Assembly: GCA_900088475.1 (NCBI GenBank)
Contig: FLMG01002522.1
Span: forward strand, 1-64,000
Origin: Hyphochytrium catenoides
Lineage: Eukaryota; Protista; Hyphochytriomycota
Direction: 5' to 3'
DNA: 64,000 bases
The notes below the pieces were generated by a model. The model saw nothing but the letters and a program-made list of their open reading frames with translations. It ran no database searches and was not told the origin of the DNA. Shown here piece by piece: positions 13,124-26,751 of this stretch (its first letter is position 1; the number at the start of each line of letters is the position of its first letter). A program made the position numbers and the translations under genes.

Positions 13124-13979
13124 TTTATCCAAAGGCACCGCGGAAAGCGGATCCAAAGGGTGGACTCAGGTCCTCACCAGGGTCAGCGCCTTAGCACTTC
13201 AAGCATTGAAAGCCTCTGTATTGTCACTAATGCACATGGATTCCCTTCTGTAATAACACCACAAACGGAGGCTGAGCAGGTGATCGACTATTGCGTTTTA
13301 GAGACAGTCAGCCATTGTGCCCTTCCAATTGTTAAAGTGCATCGTGCCCTTAGGTCAGCATTCTTCCCATCAAGCGGAGCATCTTCCTGCAGATCATTTT
13401 TAATACGGAGTTCGAGATGATCATCGGGCGCCGAATTGTGAAGATTCTGCGCTTCTTCACCAAAAGACAAAAGACAAGAAACTGCGGCAAATCACTGGTA
13501 ACTAAATCTCTCTTCAAAGAAATCAGTTATCGTGATTATCCTTATCTGAGCTCTAATCTAATCTTTGACTCTCCGTTCGCATCTCCTCGGAATCTTAGGG
13601 AGGAGTGAAGAAGAAAGAAGAATGGGTTTATGAAGCGTCTGACGATTGAGTCTGGAAAGAGGATGCAGAGCTTGCAGAGACAATAATTGGTCACTCCTGC
13701 GCCCTTGGTAAGACCTAGCAGAGGTGACTTGCTCGGAATAACCCCCTTGACGGCTTCTTATAGGGACGGAGTAGCTCTGTAGATGGCATGACTGCAGTGT
13801 GATAAATGGTCTTCCAATCGGAGAGATAAAGAGAAAGCTGCTGAAAGAATGCCTTCCGCAAGCATTCCAGCTCCTGACAGTCTAGGGATTCAGGGATCTG
13901 CAGTTCCGCTAGCCACCCCGAGACGGTACATTCCAGCTTGTATTTTGTGTTCTCTGCCTGGGGGTTTCGCTAATTGCCT

Positions 13980-15609
13980 ATGTCAAGACCTAAGGAGCAT
14001 GTGCCCACATTTCCTCCAGCCTCCCAGCCAGATATCATCCTGGCGCACCAGAAGGACACATTCTATGTAAAGTCCCTGCATGCCCGGATCTCTGACACTT
14101 TAGAAAGGTTGCAGTTTGCGAGTCGTCACTGCCTTCCGTGAAGTCACTAACTGTCTCCATCTGACAGCGTTTGCGGGAGCAACGTCCTCTCTCGTTTTGC
14201 ACCAGAGTTGACTCTCCTCTCAGGGTCGTTATACTATGGCTTATCGACACTCAGAGGTACGCATGCTCAATTAGGGCTCAGGAAAACCCTCTGCCGCCGC
14301 TAATGTGCTTGGTCAGGGCGTCAGACACTAGGTGAGGAGTATTGTGGATTGCTGCAGGTTACGGAAGGCTTGAAGAAAGGCCAGTCATTCATACCTGCCG
14401 GCACATATGGGGTCACGCTCTATCTTCTTGCAGAGGTAACCTACATATCTTCTCCTGTATCCAGGATGCCGCTGCTGTCTTTGGCTTGTCAGTGAGCTAA
14501 AATTCTCTGTCTAACGTTATGCTCAGTTTGGTGTGGGAACTTGGTTTGCCTGCGTCACAAGTCCTGACTTCAAGATTCTGTGGTGCGATATCTAGTACTT
14601 CTGCTAGCTGATGTACAGGTTATTTGTAGCTCTTACTGCCTTACTTGGCTGACCGGACCTCAAGAGGATGGGTCCATCTTCTGGGGCCTCAGCCAAGGAT
14701 AATGAACGCCCAAAGGCATGCCAAACCAGGAAAGATTCTTCACGAACCAAAGAGGTCAGTCGACTTTCGCCTTCAGTCCCTCATAGCCCCAAATGACAAC
14801 GGGTGGAGGGACGGCTTGTCTGGGCTTGAGGTGTTAGAGGACCTGTGATATACGACTGATGGGACTTCTGCAGGGAGGACCGGCCTGCGCCTTCCGTGCT
14901 TAAACGGGCTGATGCTCTCATGACCAGAGCAAAAGAACTCGTGAAGCAGCACGTCGTTACTGCAGGAGGAAGACTCATCTCTCTATCTTCTTTATTGAAG
15001 CTCGTTCTTGATCTTCATCTTCTGGCCTTTTACCTGTCGGGAAGGTACTATCAGCCCTCTAAGCGCCTTGGGGGCATCCGATACATTCATAGCAGAGCCC
15101 TTATGGAGTTCAGAGCCAGCTATAAGATATTGGTGCGTGACCTTCAGTAGAGTTTGACCTTTGGCGCGCTAACTTCTCCTGGCCTCTAATTATCAAATAT
15201 CACCACTGTAGGGACAACTGATGGCTTTCCGTTTCGCAGTCCAGGCTCTACACTTCGCATACAAACTCCTCTCCCAGGCAAGGACTCCGGAGACTGCTGC
15301 CAAAGGATCTGATCGGCGGGTAGCGTTCTTAGAGAAGGGAGATAGACGCCCTTTTGCTCGTGGAGGTGAGGGGAGACGTGATGATTTCTAACAAGATCAG
15401 GCTAACACCACCATCGTCACTCGTTCGTTCTTGCCCCAGTTGGAGGAACGTGTCTCATCTGCATCAGTGAATGCGACAACCCTTCTGTGACTCCTTGTGG
15501 TCATGTTTTCTGTTGGGACTGCATCATCGAGTCCACCATGAGAAAGCCAGAGTGCCCCCGATGTCGGCATCCAGTGGAACCCCAGACTGTTATCCCAGTA
15601 TATTTTTAG
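13980..15609 (+). CDS. PEX10: Peroxisomal RING E3 ligase peroxin 10; not captured as one ORF in the track
   Basis: Spliced motifs: MSRPKEHVPTFPPASQPDIILAHQKD; GRQTLGEEYCGL (about 14320); LHLLAFYLSGRYYQPSKRLGGIRY; C-terminal C3HC4 RING CLICISECDNPSVTPCGHVFCWDCIIESTMRKPECPRCR ending VIPVYF* at 15609. Confidence 0.93.
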
Positions 15610-16139
15610 CCTATTTATTCTCTTCATCAGTGCTATATGATCATTGTGCTGAAGCCAAGGAACCCACCTATATGTCGATGATGATTCTTGCGGTCAGCCT
15701 TCCCTGTAAACACGACTTCTCCCATCTTATCAAGAGGTTACCTGGAGGCCAGTATATGACAGAGCAGGGCCAGGTCCCTCCTGCCAATCAGCTCTTCTCT
15801 CGCCATCCGGAGATACGGGGACAGCTCTGGGCTAGGAAAAGCTTCCCATGCCCAGAGAGTCCTTGAGATCCATCCGTCACCTGCAGAGAAATGCATTGTA
15901 CCCTTTCAGCAGCCGCGATTACGAATACCTTCTAATCTAATAACGATTATCTTTACAAAAACAGCAGTGCTATCCGGAATACCGCACGGGCATGATTGGG
16001 GTGTTTCTGGTTGAGAAGTGAAGCTTCACAAAAAGAGCGCGAAAGCTGCAGACTCAATCTCAGCTTGCCATCGGCTCCCGCTCAAAGGGGCTCTGTAGAC
16101 TTCATACGTAGCGCCACTGGAGCTTCAGATCCATGAACC

Positions 16140-18488
16140 ATGAAGAAGTCAATGCTGTCGAGGGCCGCAACAGAGCAGTTTATGCCTGGCCCGGCTAGTG
16201 AAGCCACAGGTAGGAGGGGCGGGACCTCACTGTCTATTTGAAGCTCATTACTCACAAAGGTTGCTCACTTTCCCAATGCGATAGAAAGCGCACTTCCGTC
16301 GGCTGCAGCGCCAGAGGCAGCACCACAAATGAAGGCCGGCGATTGGAACAATGGGACTTCGGGCCCCGGATCGACTGGAAATGCGGAGGATGCTGACCTA
16401 TGGACGAAATCCCTGTCGAAGCTCATGACTGGAAAGAACCAGAGTGACCTGTTGTTGGCGCTGAGAGAAGTGCATGCTCTCTTGCTTCAGAGACCCTCTT
16501 TGCAGACAAGTGATAGAAAGACAGCTTTAGATACCTACGTCAACATCAAAAAAAGAGTAAGAAAAATCTTTACTACCCAGCTAAGAAGAATGGCACATGA
16601 GCCTCAGCTGCTGACGCTGCCTCTGCTGACAGGATGGACCAACTGTATGGACAGAAGATGTTGCGCGGATGTATCTTACACTACTAAGCCGAGTTTTTCC
16701 TGGAGACAAAGCTCAGGAACATCAACAGCAATTCGCAATCAAGGACGCACCTCTACTTGCTTCTCCCTCAAGCAGCATAGCACCGCAGCGTTCTTCATTA
16801 ACGTCTCCTGCCATGGGAGCCTCGTCCACCCCTTTGTTAAGCCGTTATAGTAGGTCAGATCATAGTCTTCAGACTCTAGCACAGGTAGCCTATAGACCAG
16901 GTGAGTTCGCCCGTGGTCTCTCTCACATCTTGATCTAATCTGTCGTTTAGCCATTGTAATGCTCCTGACGCCTGTATCCTATAAACTCCTCAGTCAAACA
17001 ACACCGCCCTTACCTTCCAGCCTCATTTGTTGGTCCTTGCTGCTTTCAGCTGCCCTTATTTCGAGAAGCCGCCCTTATTGAGAGGTTATTCTACCTTCTT
17101 CGCCACTTTTGGTCGTTGCTTTGCAGAGATAATGAACCTCGCCCCGAGCAGCAACGCCGGTCGGGGCATACGGACTTCAAAGACTGCGCCGACAGCTCCT
17201 CCTAACGAGCTACCAAGTCCACCGCCAGATACAGGAAGCCTAGAAACACAGTCAGGACACAGGATTAGAACGCTCAAGACAGCACCGGGGCATACACCTC
17301 TGAATAGTAAACCCAGTAGGCCAAGTAAGGCGTCGCAGAGCTCAGTCTTAGAAGAAGTAGGCAAGAAGAGAAAGGCGGAAGGTGAGCATTGCTTATCCTG
17401 GCATCCTGTCTTCTCCTGCAGCCCAGACACATCTTGAAGAGGGGTTCCATAACCTGGCTATATTGCTCCCAGACTTAGTATTTATTGACAAAACCTAGAG
17501 TCCAAGCTTTCTGGCATCCTCCAGCTGGAAGAGAAGCCGCAAAACTGACAAAGCGTTACAGGTGAAAGTAGCAGCTCGAAGAAGCCTAAACAAGTGGCGG
17601 ATAGCACTGCAAGTGAGGCTCTGCAAGCAGATATCGAGAAAGGAGAGAAAGATCTTAAACAGGCGAAGAAGAGGGCTCCAAAGCCTGACACTGAGGAGCT
17701 ATATATACCCAGCAAAGTTGTTGGGAATGTTATGAAGAAGGTGCTGCCCAAAGATGTACAGATACCGGAAGAAGTTAAAGGTCAGCCTTGATGTTCTCTC
17801 CTCTTTACTGTGCTAGATTTTATGCCTTTGAGTCTATGCTATCGTTACCAGTCACTATGCTCCTGTCTTATTGACTCCGCTTTGGCACAGCTTTGAGGCC
17901 GTTTTCCTTGTCAGACCTGCATGAGGCCCGATTGCGGAGCTTGTCTTTCTCCCTACGCGCCGCCAAGCGCAAACCTCTATCTCTCTCACATATGACTTGT
18001 AGATATAGTATCGGAATGTGCAACAGAATTCATTCTTTTTGTCACCAATGAAGCCAATGCATGCCGACGGATTGGCGGCAGAAGTGAGGTAGATGTGAAA
18101 GGCATTGTCGATGCTCTACAGGGGCTAGGGTACGTAACCCCCGTCCAACAAGTGAAAGTAACACTAGTCTGTGTTGCATTCTCTGGCTGCTCTGCTATCG
18201 CCAAAGTTATTTTTCTCCACGTTCTCTGACTGTTGGGTGCTAGGTGCTTATCTTCCTTTCGATAGCTCAAAAATTTGCAAATCCATTTAGTATCCGCTGG
18301 CTTGACTGTTTCGGTCTTCGGCTTTACTCCTTTTCTCTACCTTGCTCGGCTGCAGACAGAGTCTACCTCTAAACTATTTCCCCCATCTTCTTTTTTCATC
18401 CTGTACCTGCAGTTTTGTGAACTATAGTATGTACATGAAGCGATACAAGGCAAGGATCGACGAGTATCTCCAGAAGCAGAAGTCATAA
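16140..18488 (+). CDS. NF-YB/Dr1-family histone-fold protein with a long N-terminal extension
   Basis: Seven phase-compatible exons. The C-terminus ELYIPSKVVGNVMKKVLPKDVQIPEEVKDIVSECATEFILFVTNEAN...IVDALQGLGFVNYSMYMKRY matches the CBFD_NFYB_HMF fold. Confidence 0.75.
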
Positions 18489-18836
18489 GACCAAGATGAG
18501 ATCCCACTATATTCTCTAGTCTTCATATAACCTATTTATTCTCTCCCACCTCGTCCGACTTGTGTGGCTCTTCTGCTGGTGTACAAGCGGCGCCGATGGG
18601 CGAGCTAGGCCGGACCTTTAACCTAAACAACAGTACCACTACCGCTTCTTCAACAGTTGCTTGCCACTGGCAGTCCGTCCTTTGGCGTCTTTTCGTCTCC
18701 CGCAACCTTTTATACCCCTCTCCAATATACCTGAGAGGAGGCTGTCCGAGAGATGTTCACATCGTCCCGGAAGGGTGGATGGGGACGGCGCCTTGACCAG
18801 CTTTCACGAAGCTTGCAGATTGACCGCGAAGAGCAA

Positions 18837-21800
18837 TCATCTCTTCTTCTTTTTCTTAGAAGCTGTCGAACCTTTTTTTGAGGAGGACTTGGACTTTTCG
18901 CTGTCTTTCTTGCCACTGAAAACTAGCTTCATTTTCTGCATCATACCAACTAGCTCCTTATCCAGTCCTAAGACCCAAGTCTCGTCCAATAGCGGTGCTT
19001 GCTCCCGTCCTCTTCCGTAGATCCCTTCTTTTTTCTCCTTCGAGGCGAAGATAACCCTGTTGATCTCTTCGGCACTTGGCACGATTGTATAAACCTCTCC
19101 TTCCGCAAAGACTTTAGATATTTTCTGCAGCGTCTCCTCCAAAATATCCGTGGAACGTGTGGCAAGATTGAGAACCAAACTTCCAGTAGGGCTCAAAGCC
19201 CGATGGCATGACTGTAAAGCATAAATGAAACCGTCAGTAAGACGCTTGTGGAAGGTAAAGTGAGAACTAAGGCCAAGAGACAAGTTATTATGGTAGTAAC
19301 AATGCAAGCCGAAGCGTAAAGAACTATACGGAACCATGTGCAGTAAGTATCTACAGCATAAGTTGGCCTTTTGGAGAGAGGCAATGAATTAGTGAGCAAA
19401 GAAAAAGAGGGGACAAAGGTCAACTTGAGGCCTGGTTGGGCAGAGCCAGGCACTTACCTCCAAAAAGTCTTGGCACAAGAAAGCCTCTGGAGGACAAGAA
19501 AGCGGAAGTGATATATCTTTACTGTCCACATCAACGATCAGAAAGTCCAAATCTCCTTCTGCAGAAAAAAGTAAGGCGTCAGAGACCAACAGAAGAAATT
19601 GCGTTCATTGCATGGCTAATAGATGACGTAACGCGAGAGGAAGAGGGAGAGCAACGATAAGAAGGTCTTTGGCGTCCTAGCTCTTCGTTACTTTCTAATC
19701 TTGGCGGGGTCTTCTTACCGGGTGCCTCCCTCACGAAGTCAATACCGTCTGCCACTGTGACTGAGAGGCGCTGATCTTCTACCAGTCCAAAGAGTCCTCG
19801 AGCAATCTCCACCACTTCATTGTCAAGCTCTACCGCAGCGAGAGAACAGTGTGGAAGCTTCGCCTTCAAATACATTGGGAGCGCGCCACCCCCTAAACCT
19901 ATGACTAGCCCCTTGTTATCCTTCCTACCAGTGGGTCCTTCGATTCCCTGTTGCTGCGCAGTCTTCTCTTTTTCTTTCTTTGGGCCGGTGAAGGTGGAAG
20001 GATTCAAAGCCACGATTCCTGCTGCCATAGCGTGGTGGTACTCGGACATGTAGGTAAGATCCAACTTGTACCCTCTGTCGACAGGGATCTTGCCCTGATG
20101 TCCTTCTTCTGGCCTGCCTTCCTCCTCTGTCTTCACAGCGTCATCCTCTCCATCTTCGTCGTGAGTCGCACCTTCTTCATTTCCTCCAGCATTCTTCTTC
20201 TTGTTCTTCCTCCGTCTTGCCTTCTTCGAGCTCTTGGAGAGAGGCAACATCCGTACTTCACTTTGGATAAGATTGCGGTTCTTCAGGAAGATGAGGCGTC
20301 TATATACGGGACTGCTTCGCCCGTCCTCACCCGGTGACTCAAGCGGTACATCCTCAATGAGGTATCGTCCGCTCACTTTGGACTCTCCCTCATAAACCAC
20401 CCTCTTTGAGCCAATTCCCTGAGGAACGCTCATGAAAGGAATCAATGCTCTCATCCCGGGCCCTCCACTGTCTCTGTTGCTGGTGGCAGGGAGAAGCTCA
20501 ATAACCTTAGGAGACAGTTCATCCTGCACTGCTTTCATACCAGAGAACGAGTAGCCCAGCCCTAAACGCACCACGATAAGTCGATTGTAACCTGCGGTAG
20601 CAGCCAGTTGCTTCATGCCTTCAGGAGAAGAGAACAGCCATTCGTGTTCCCTTCCTTGTGGAGTGATGAAGACTGCGCAATCCTTCTCCCTTGACCTCAG
20701 GGAATGATCGACAACCGAAAGAACGTACTTTGGCGATTCCAAGACGGTACCCTCGGCCCAGAGTTCGAAGGTACGGATCTCCCCTACCTTCATCTTTCGC
20801 AATTCGTGCTGAGAAAACCGAAACTCCTGGTTATCTCTTACCTGGGTGAGAGCCCAGGAAATTTCTTTGTCGCTATTATCATAGCCCTTCTCTGACTTCA
20901 GCGGCTGTTCCCGGCCGCTGACCGTGATAGCGCTAGGAGCTTGTCCAGTCTTTGTCATCAAAACGAAAAAGGGAGAGAAAGGGCTCTCCTTCTTCCCATT
21001 CTGTCGGTCCTCCTCCCTCCGTCTGGCAGTATTCTTCCGTATTTCTTCGATCTCTATGGACCATCCCTCAGACTTCAAGTATGTGGTTAGGAGCTTTCGC
21101 AGAACAAAGTCCTGCGCCATAGTGACACAGAGATAACGCCCTTGAGGCTTAAGAACTCGGGAGATTTCCTGCAGCATCTTGTCCACATCTGCAGAGATTT
21201 CAGCAGTCTCTGACGAGAAGATGGCATCCAGCGCACCCTTGTCCAGCACGACGTCAAAACTCTCAGAAGGTAATGAGAGAGCGCGTACGTCCATGACCTC
21301 CCATTGCATCTTTGGTCTCTGAACATTCTTCTCCCTCATTTCTTTGATCACGCTAAGCAGCAAGAGGAGAGCATATCAGGTACAAAGAACAGAAAACGGA
21401 CTACGACCATAAAAGAGAGACAGTATCTCTTGAAGCACCTAGCATAGCAACTAGCGCGACGGTATAAGCAAGAGAGCGATGGCACTATTTAACGTCAAAC
21501 TTGTTCTCACTACTCAGAGAAAGCAACAGATAAAAGATAGAGCAAAACAGCCAGAGGGGAATTATTTAGCTAAAGGCACGGTAAGAGCTCCACGGCTATA
21601 TGAGAAGAGAGAGGCAAGCCGCCTTCATCGAGGTGGAAGAGAGGGGTAAAATGGAACCCATCTGATGGCTGTCACTACTGACCTTTCACTAAAATCAATG
21701 TTCGTGACCTTCTGCACTCCATCGTCATAGAGACAGGAGCTCAGCTCACTATTTCCACAGCCGACCACCAGCACATCGTCCTCCTCCTTGCAAACCTTCT

Positions 21801-21939
21801 CTCGTAGATATTGCTGGAGCTCGGAATAGTCGCCATACCACTCAAAAGCTTCCTTTTTCCTCTGCTGAAAGAACGAATCCCAGTAACTTTTCGCCCTGAA
21901 CTGGTCATGATGGCTTGGCAGGAGCTCATTCTTAGCCAT
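18837..21939 (-). CDS. METTL13: eEF1A lysine and N-terminal methyltransferase (two methyltransferase domains)
   Basis: N-terminal domain: YWDSFF..FEWYG, LVVGCGNSELS, FDVVLDKGALDA. Middle: FITPQGREHEWLFSS. C-terminal domain: LVIGLGGGALP, VELD, DGIDF, VDVDSKD..SCPP. Confidence 0.93.
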
Positions 21940-23133
21940 CTCCCAGCACCTTCACCCGCGTCCAAACCGAATACGGGCCTCTGTGTAACAATTTTCAGGT
22001 GCTGACCCCCAACGCGCGAATGAAGCTAACGCACCTGGAGCCAAGATAGTCCACCTGCTATGAGTACAGGAGCAGCTACTTGATCAGCTGCTCGTGCCCC
22101 TTCCTTCTCGATCAGCAACAGCAGCTCTTCGTACTGTGCAGAGCCTATATTCTCCCTCGTTCCAGATTTTTGGTGTAGAGCTTCAACCTCCGTAAACCTT
22201 GGATCCCTTGATCTGACCGCGTCTTCCCATCTGCTCCGCACTTGCTCCCAGGATTATTGAGGCGTGGAGAGTGGCGTGTGCAGGTGGCATCGCGCTCATC
22301 AGCTCATCAGTGAAAGCGGAGGATTCTGATCGCTTCCCTACCAAGGAACAAGATTCGCATCACGGACTTAGTTATTTCACACACTCTGTGTCAGATAAGT
22401 AAATTATCATGCCATTTACGTCAAGTTTGCACCTTAATTGACAGTCATTTATTGGCGAGATCTTCGTTTTTCCTCCATATGACACTATTTTCACATTCAC
22501 TAGTTCACCTCTGTCTCTGCTGCTTTCTTCGCTGTCGCCGCGGATGAGACTGAGTCTTCCGTTCGTCATCAACAGTCCGTTGGACTCTCAATGCTCGATG
22601 CTCGATGCTCTGGCTGCCTGGCTCACTCTCCTACCTAGTGCGCAGGAGTGTCTCTCTCTAGTATAGAGGTTGGATGGTCAGTGGTCGAGATTTAGTGGAT
22701 GTGACTGTTAGTTAGTGCCTGTTGCAGCTTGGCTATCTCCTATTCACCTTTCCTGGCTGGCTCCAGCAGACAGCACGGACGTGTTAGTGCTTTCCAAGGG
22801 GGAGGGAGAGGGTTTAGGCACCGGGATCTTTAAAGTGCACTTATGGAAGCACGGGAGTGGCGAGAGAGATCGACTGCCCTTGACACTATGAAGAGCTGCT
22901 GTTGAACAGCCACATCCGTTGTCTGAGAGTATTTCCCCTTTCTCCATCGGAGGTCTGATCTCATCCAAGACTAGAGCCAGCTTTCCTTCAGCAGTCTGTC
23001 TTCATCGGAACCGGTCCATCGGATTGTCCAACCAAAATTGTCTTAACTTCTGCTTGAGCCTTCTCTTCTCTTGATGGTAGAGCTCTGTTAGACTGGTTTG
23101 AGGCTCCATCATCTTACGCTCACGGGTAGAAGA

Positions 23134-25941
23134 ATGCACCTAAATGTGGCGCCAGTTCTCTTCTTCGCACTCGTAGCGCTTGGCAAGACATGCTCAACGT
23201 TAGTGCACGGTGCAGATGAAGGCGGTGCAATAGGAGGAGCTTCTGGTGGCGCGGTAGGTGTCTTAGCGCACCTCTCTTTATCTTTTGCCGCTGCAGTTCA
23301 AGATAATCTTTATCTTCCATGCAGTCAGCCGCATCGGGTCCTCGTCCCTCAGCTTGCGCTCTTGGTCTGCTCGTTTCCTTTTGCTCACAGTTCAGTCATT
23401 GCAATCTGCATTGCCGCTCGCCTTCTTGTCTATTCTTCTCAACCTCTCCTATGACCTAGGCTGTTCCCGCTTTCCAGCCACCAGAAGCTGTTGGGACTCC
23501 AGAGCCTGCGCCACCTGACTCTGGTGGAGTGAACTCGTCACCTCAGGCTCTCGGTCCTCCTCCCCTTTCCCTGAGCTCTGGCAACGCTTCTAAGGACCTT
23601 CAGGAGCCTTCAACCACCAGTTTAATCATATCCTCTGCTCTTGCGGGCGAGAAGAACGAGACGAGTACCGATAAGGCTACTAGTACCTCCCTCATCAGTC
23701 CTCTGTTGCATGAAGCATCTGGGGTAGAGGGCAATAGCGCTCTCTCGGTTGCAGATAGCTCCTTAGACAGAGGATCGACGGTGTCTGTGACGACTCAGGA
23801 ATCGGCCGCTTCTGCTGCATCGTTGGCTAACGCTAGTAGTGCCTCCTCATCTTCTTCCGCCGCGCCTGTTTCTCCTACTCTTTCACCTACTCCTTCGCCT
23901 ACTACATTGCCTCCTCCTGCCATTACTACTTCTCCTACTGCTTTCCCTTCATCTTCGGCCCCTACTCCTTCCCCTACTCCTTCTCCTACTCCTTCTCCTA
24001 CCACTCCGCACTCTACAACGGCCCCTATTCCTTCGCCAACTCCGTCTCCATCTCCTTCCCCAACCGCTATTCCGACACCCTCCGCGACGACCCAGTCCAT
24101 CGACCTCAATGGGGAAGGTGAAGACGAAGAAGTAGAGGAGACAGAGAGAGGAGAAGAGGAGACAGAGAAACCGACTACTGAAGAGGCCGAGGGTCAGCTG
24201 CAAGTAGAAGAGGGGAAAGGTGGCAACCTTAGAGCTTCTTCGTCGTCATCTCCTCAGGGAGGTGCGTTGGCTCTGCTCTGCATAGGTGTCTTGGGCATTC
24301 TGCTCGTCCAGAGGTGGAGGACTTCGCGACGTCGAAAGAGAGGAGGAAGCGGGAACGATAACAACAAGCCTGGGAAGAATGTCCAATATTCTAGGTAAGA
24401 GCCATAGCACCTTAACTGAGTTTACGGAGAGAAAGCGGACACTAACAATAGGTAGAGTACAGATAGGCCAAGACTCGAGGGTCAACCAGCAGGGGCTAAC
24501 ACTCTGTCGGAGGCACGGGGGAAAGAGGGACATAGGAAGTGTCCGGTTCAGAATTGTAGAGCTAAGAGGGCGCCGAAAGGGCAACAGCTCTGTTTGATAT
24601 GTAGCAGGGGCCTCGAGCGTAAATAGCTCAACCCATAACAGGACCTAACGACTCGCTTTTTTTAAAGGCTAGGAGCTGAAGAAGAGAAAGATGAGGATGA
24701 GTGGGACAACTGGGGAGAGAGTGCCGTAGAGAAGCATTTGGACCAGGCGGAGTATGAGGTGGAACCTCAGGCTCTTACACAGCGGCCGGAGGCGATGAAT
24801 CGGAGAAGACCGTCTGGAAACCTGGATCATCTGGTGTCGTCACAAGTCTTTGTTTCCTCTCCCTCAGGGGAACTGGGAGGTGCTAGCGGAGGACTAGGAG
24901 GTGAGTCGGACGAGGGAGAAAGGTGCAAGAGAAAATCTGTGTTTGATATGAGAATGAGCTTGAGTGCAGCGCTCTAGCCATATCACCACGCTAGTGCCGA
25001 TCGTTTTACGCTCCTTTCCTGATCTCATTATAGGCTGGGCTAGGAGCGAAGAGCAGTCGGGACTAGGCGCCAGTGACTATGTTATGATTTCGCCACCTCC
25101 ACAGCCACGAGAGTTGCACGCAGCAACAAAAGACAACGTTGAAGACATATCCATAGCAGAAAGAGAAAGGAGTGGAGCAGGAACGCAGAGGACTCGACAG
25201 CCTATTCCACCGCCTAGTAGACCACAATCCCACGATATCTTCGCGGTATGTAGAAAAGGGAAGCATCATACACCGACCTGGCTTAGCTGGAAATGGCTTC
25301 GGACTTTCCGGCTTCTTGCTTTCAGTCCCTTTACTCCCAACTAATCTAACTCAATGCTTAGAGTTGCACTTCCTCCCACTCGTGCTCCCCGTCCTTGGTC
25401 GCAAATTGCTCATCTTCATACCCTGCAGGATCTTGGTATGGTTCCGGCGGTCAAAACTCAGGCTCCAAGCATTGATGTACATCGTAGAAGGGGCGAGAGG
25501 GAGCATGTTAACCCCTTTGCGGAGCCACTTAGTCCAGAACCAGGGCAAAGAGTGGTGAGCAAAGAGTCGCTCAAGCCTGTCACTAGCCTTTCTTCATTTC
25601 CATGTTTCTTTATCGTGCTTCTTCGTAGTGAGCCGATCCACCTGCCTACCAGAGCCCTAGCTCCTCACCCACTACTTTTTCTGTTTGTTTTTGAATGTAA
25701 CTTAAGCTGGCTCGTTTTGTTAGAAGAGCAGGTCCTAGCCGTGATTCTTCATTACGTGGATTGTTCGCCGTTCTAATCTTGTCTTCTCTCTGGTCTCCCT
25801 TCCTATCTGTCTGTCTGTCTCTCTCTTGCGCTGTTTCTGCCCATTCTCTCTCTGTTGCTGTCTCTCTCTATCACTCTCTTTTGCTGCTTAAAACAGTCCG
25901 GTTCAGGCTGGGGTGATGACCTGGACGATCTCTCTCCCTAG
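23134..25941 (+). CDS. Mucin-like type I membrane protein: signal peptide, S/T/P-rich stalk with PTPS repeats, one TM helix, acidic Trp-containing tail
   Basis: Exon 23134-23253 ([17 protein letters not shown]...) splices in phase to 23460. TM segment [16 protein letters not shown] is followed by RWR. Later exons end [13 protein letters not shown] at 25941. Confidence 0.7.
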
Positions 25942-26751
25942 TGTGAAGCTATTGCCTGGTCCAACAAGCTGACAGCACTCTCTTTTTTCTTTCGCCTATT
26001 GCGAGGCAAAGGCCGTAAAGTCCCTAAACAACCTATCTTGTATAGTCATCAGTGCTCTATTTAAAAAGACAGAATGTCGCGCAATCAGATCATCGCTATC
26101 TTTTCTGTCACTCCTTTATCCTCCAGCTTGTCGATCCGCAAGAAGGTGTGGCTTCCATCTCGTCCTACCTGCTCGCCTCGGCGTGGCAGAGTCGGCTGAC
26201 CTAAATAAACCAACCGTGCTGGATATGCTAAGTCACATCTCTTCGTTTCCTCGCTGTGGCCCAAAACGATCCCACTCTGTAAAGTTTGTAAATCAAATAC
26301 ATGAGTGAGACTAAGGGTCTACTCGGCCCGTAGATGTGTCACCCAGGGTAAACACCAGCGCTTCGCCACGGATCTGCTGGCACGATGTTGGTCGAAGATG
26401 CAATCAGAACAGACAAAGAACGCGAAGGGCTTACATACTCAGCCCATCCGGGGCTAAGACTTAAGGCGTAACAGGTTTTCACATTGTTCTCAAAGAGGCT
26501 AGTCCTTGAATGGCTGTACCTGCCACACCTTTTCCCAGCCGGATATGATAGCCATCGCCAAAGCACTGGCTGCACAATGGCAGGCATCGTGCGGCCGCTC
26601 CCTGCAATCTGAAGGACAAGCAGTAGCTCAAGAAGCTCAACGGGAAAGGCGAACGACAGAATCAACCAAAACAAAGGTCTACATAGAATTATCATCACCG
26701 CTTACTGACATTATTGAGCTCCTATCGTCTATCCTCTGTATCTTTTTGTTA

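Noticed and set aside
13700-15900. First read as a degenerate transposon (CQRSGH...CP on the minus strand)
   Set aside because: The plus strand splices into a complete PEX10.
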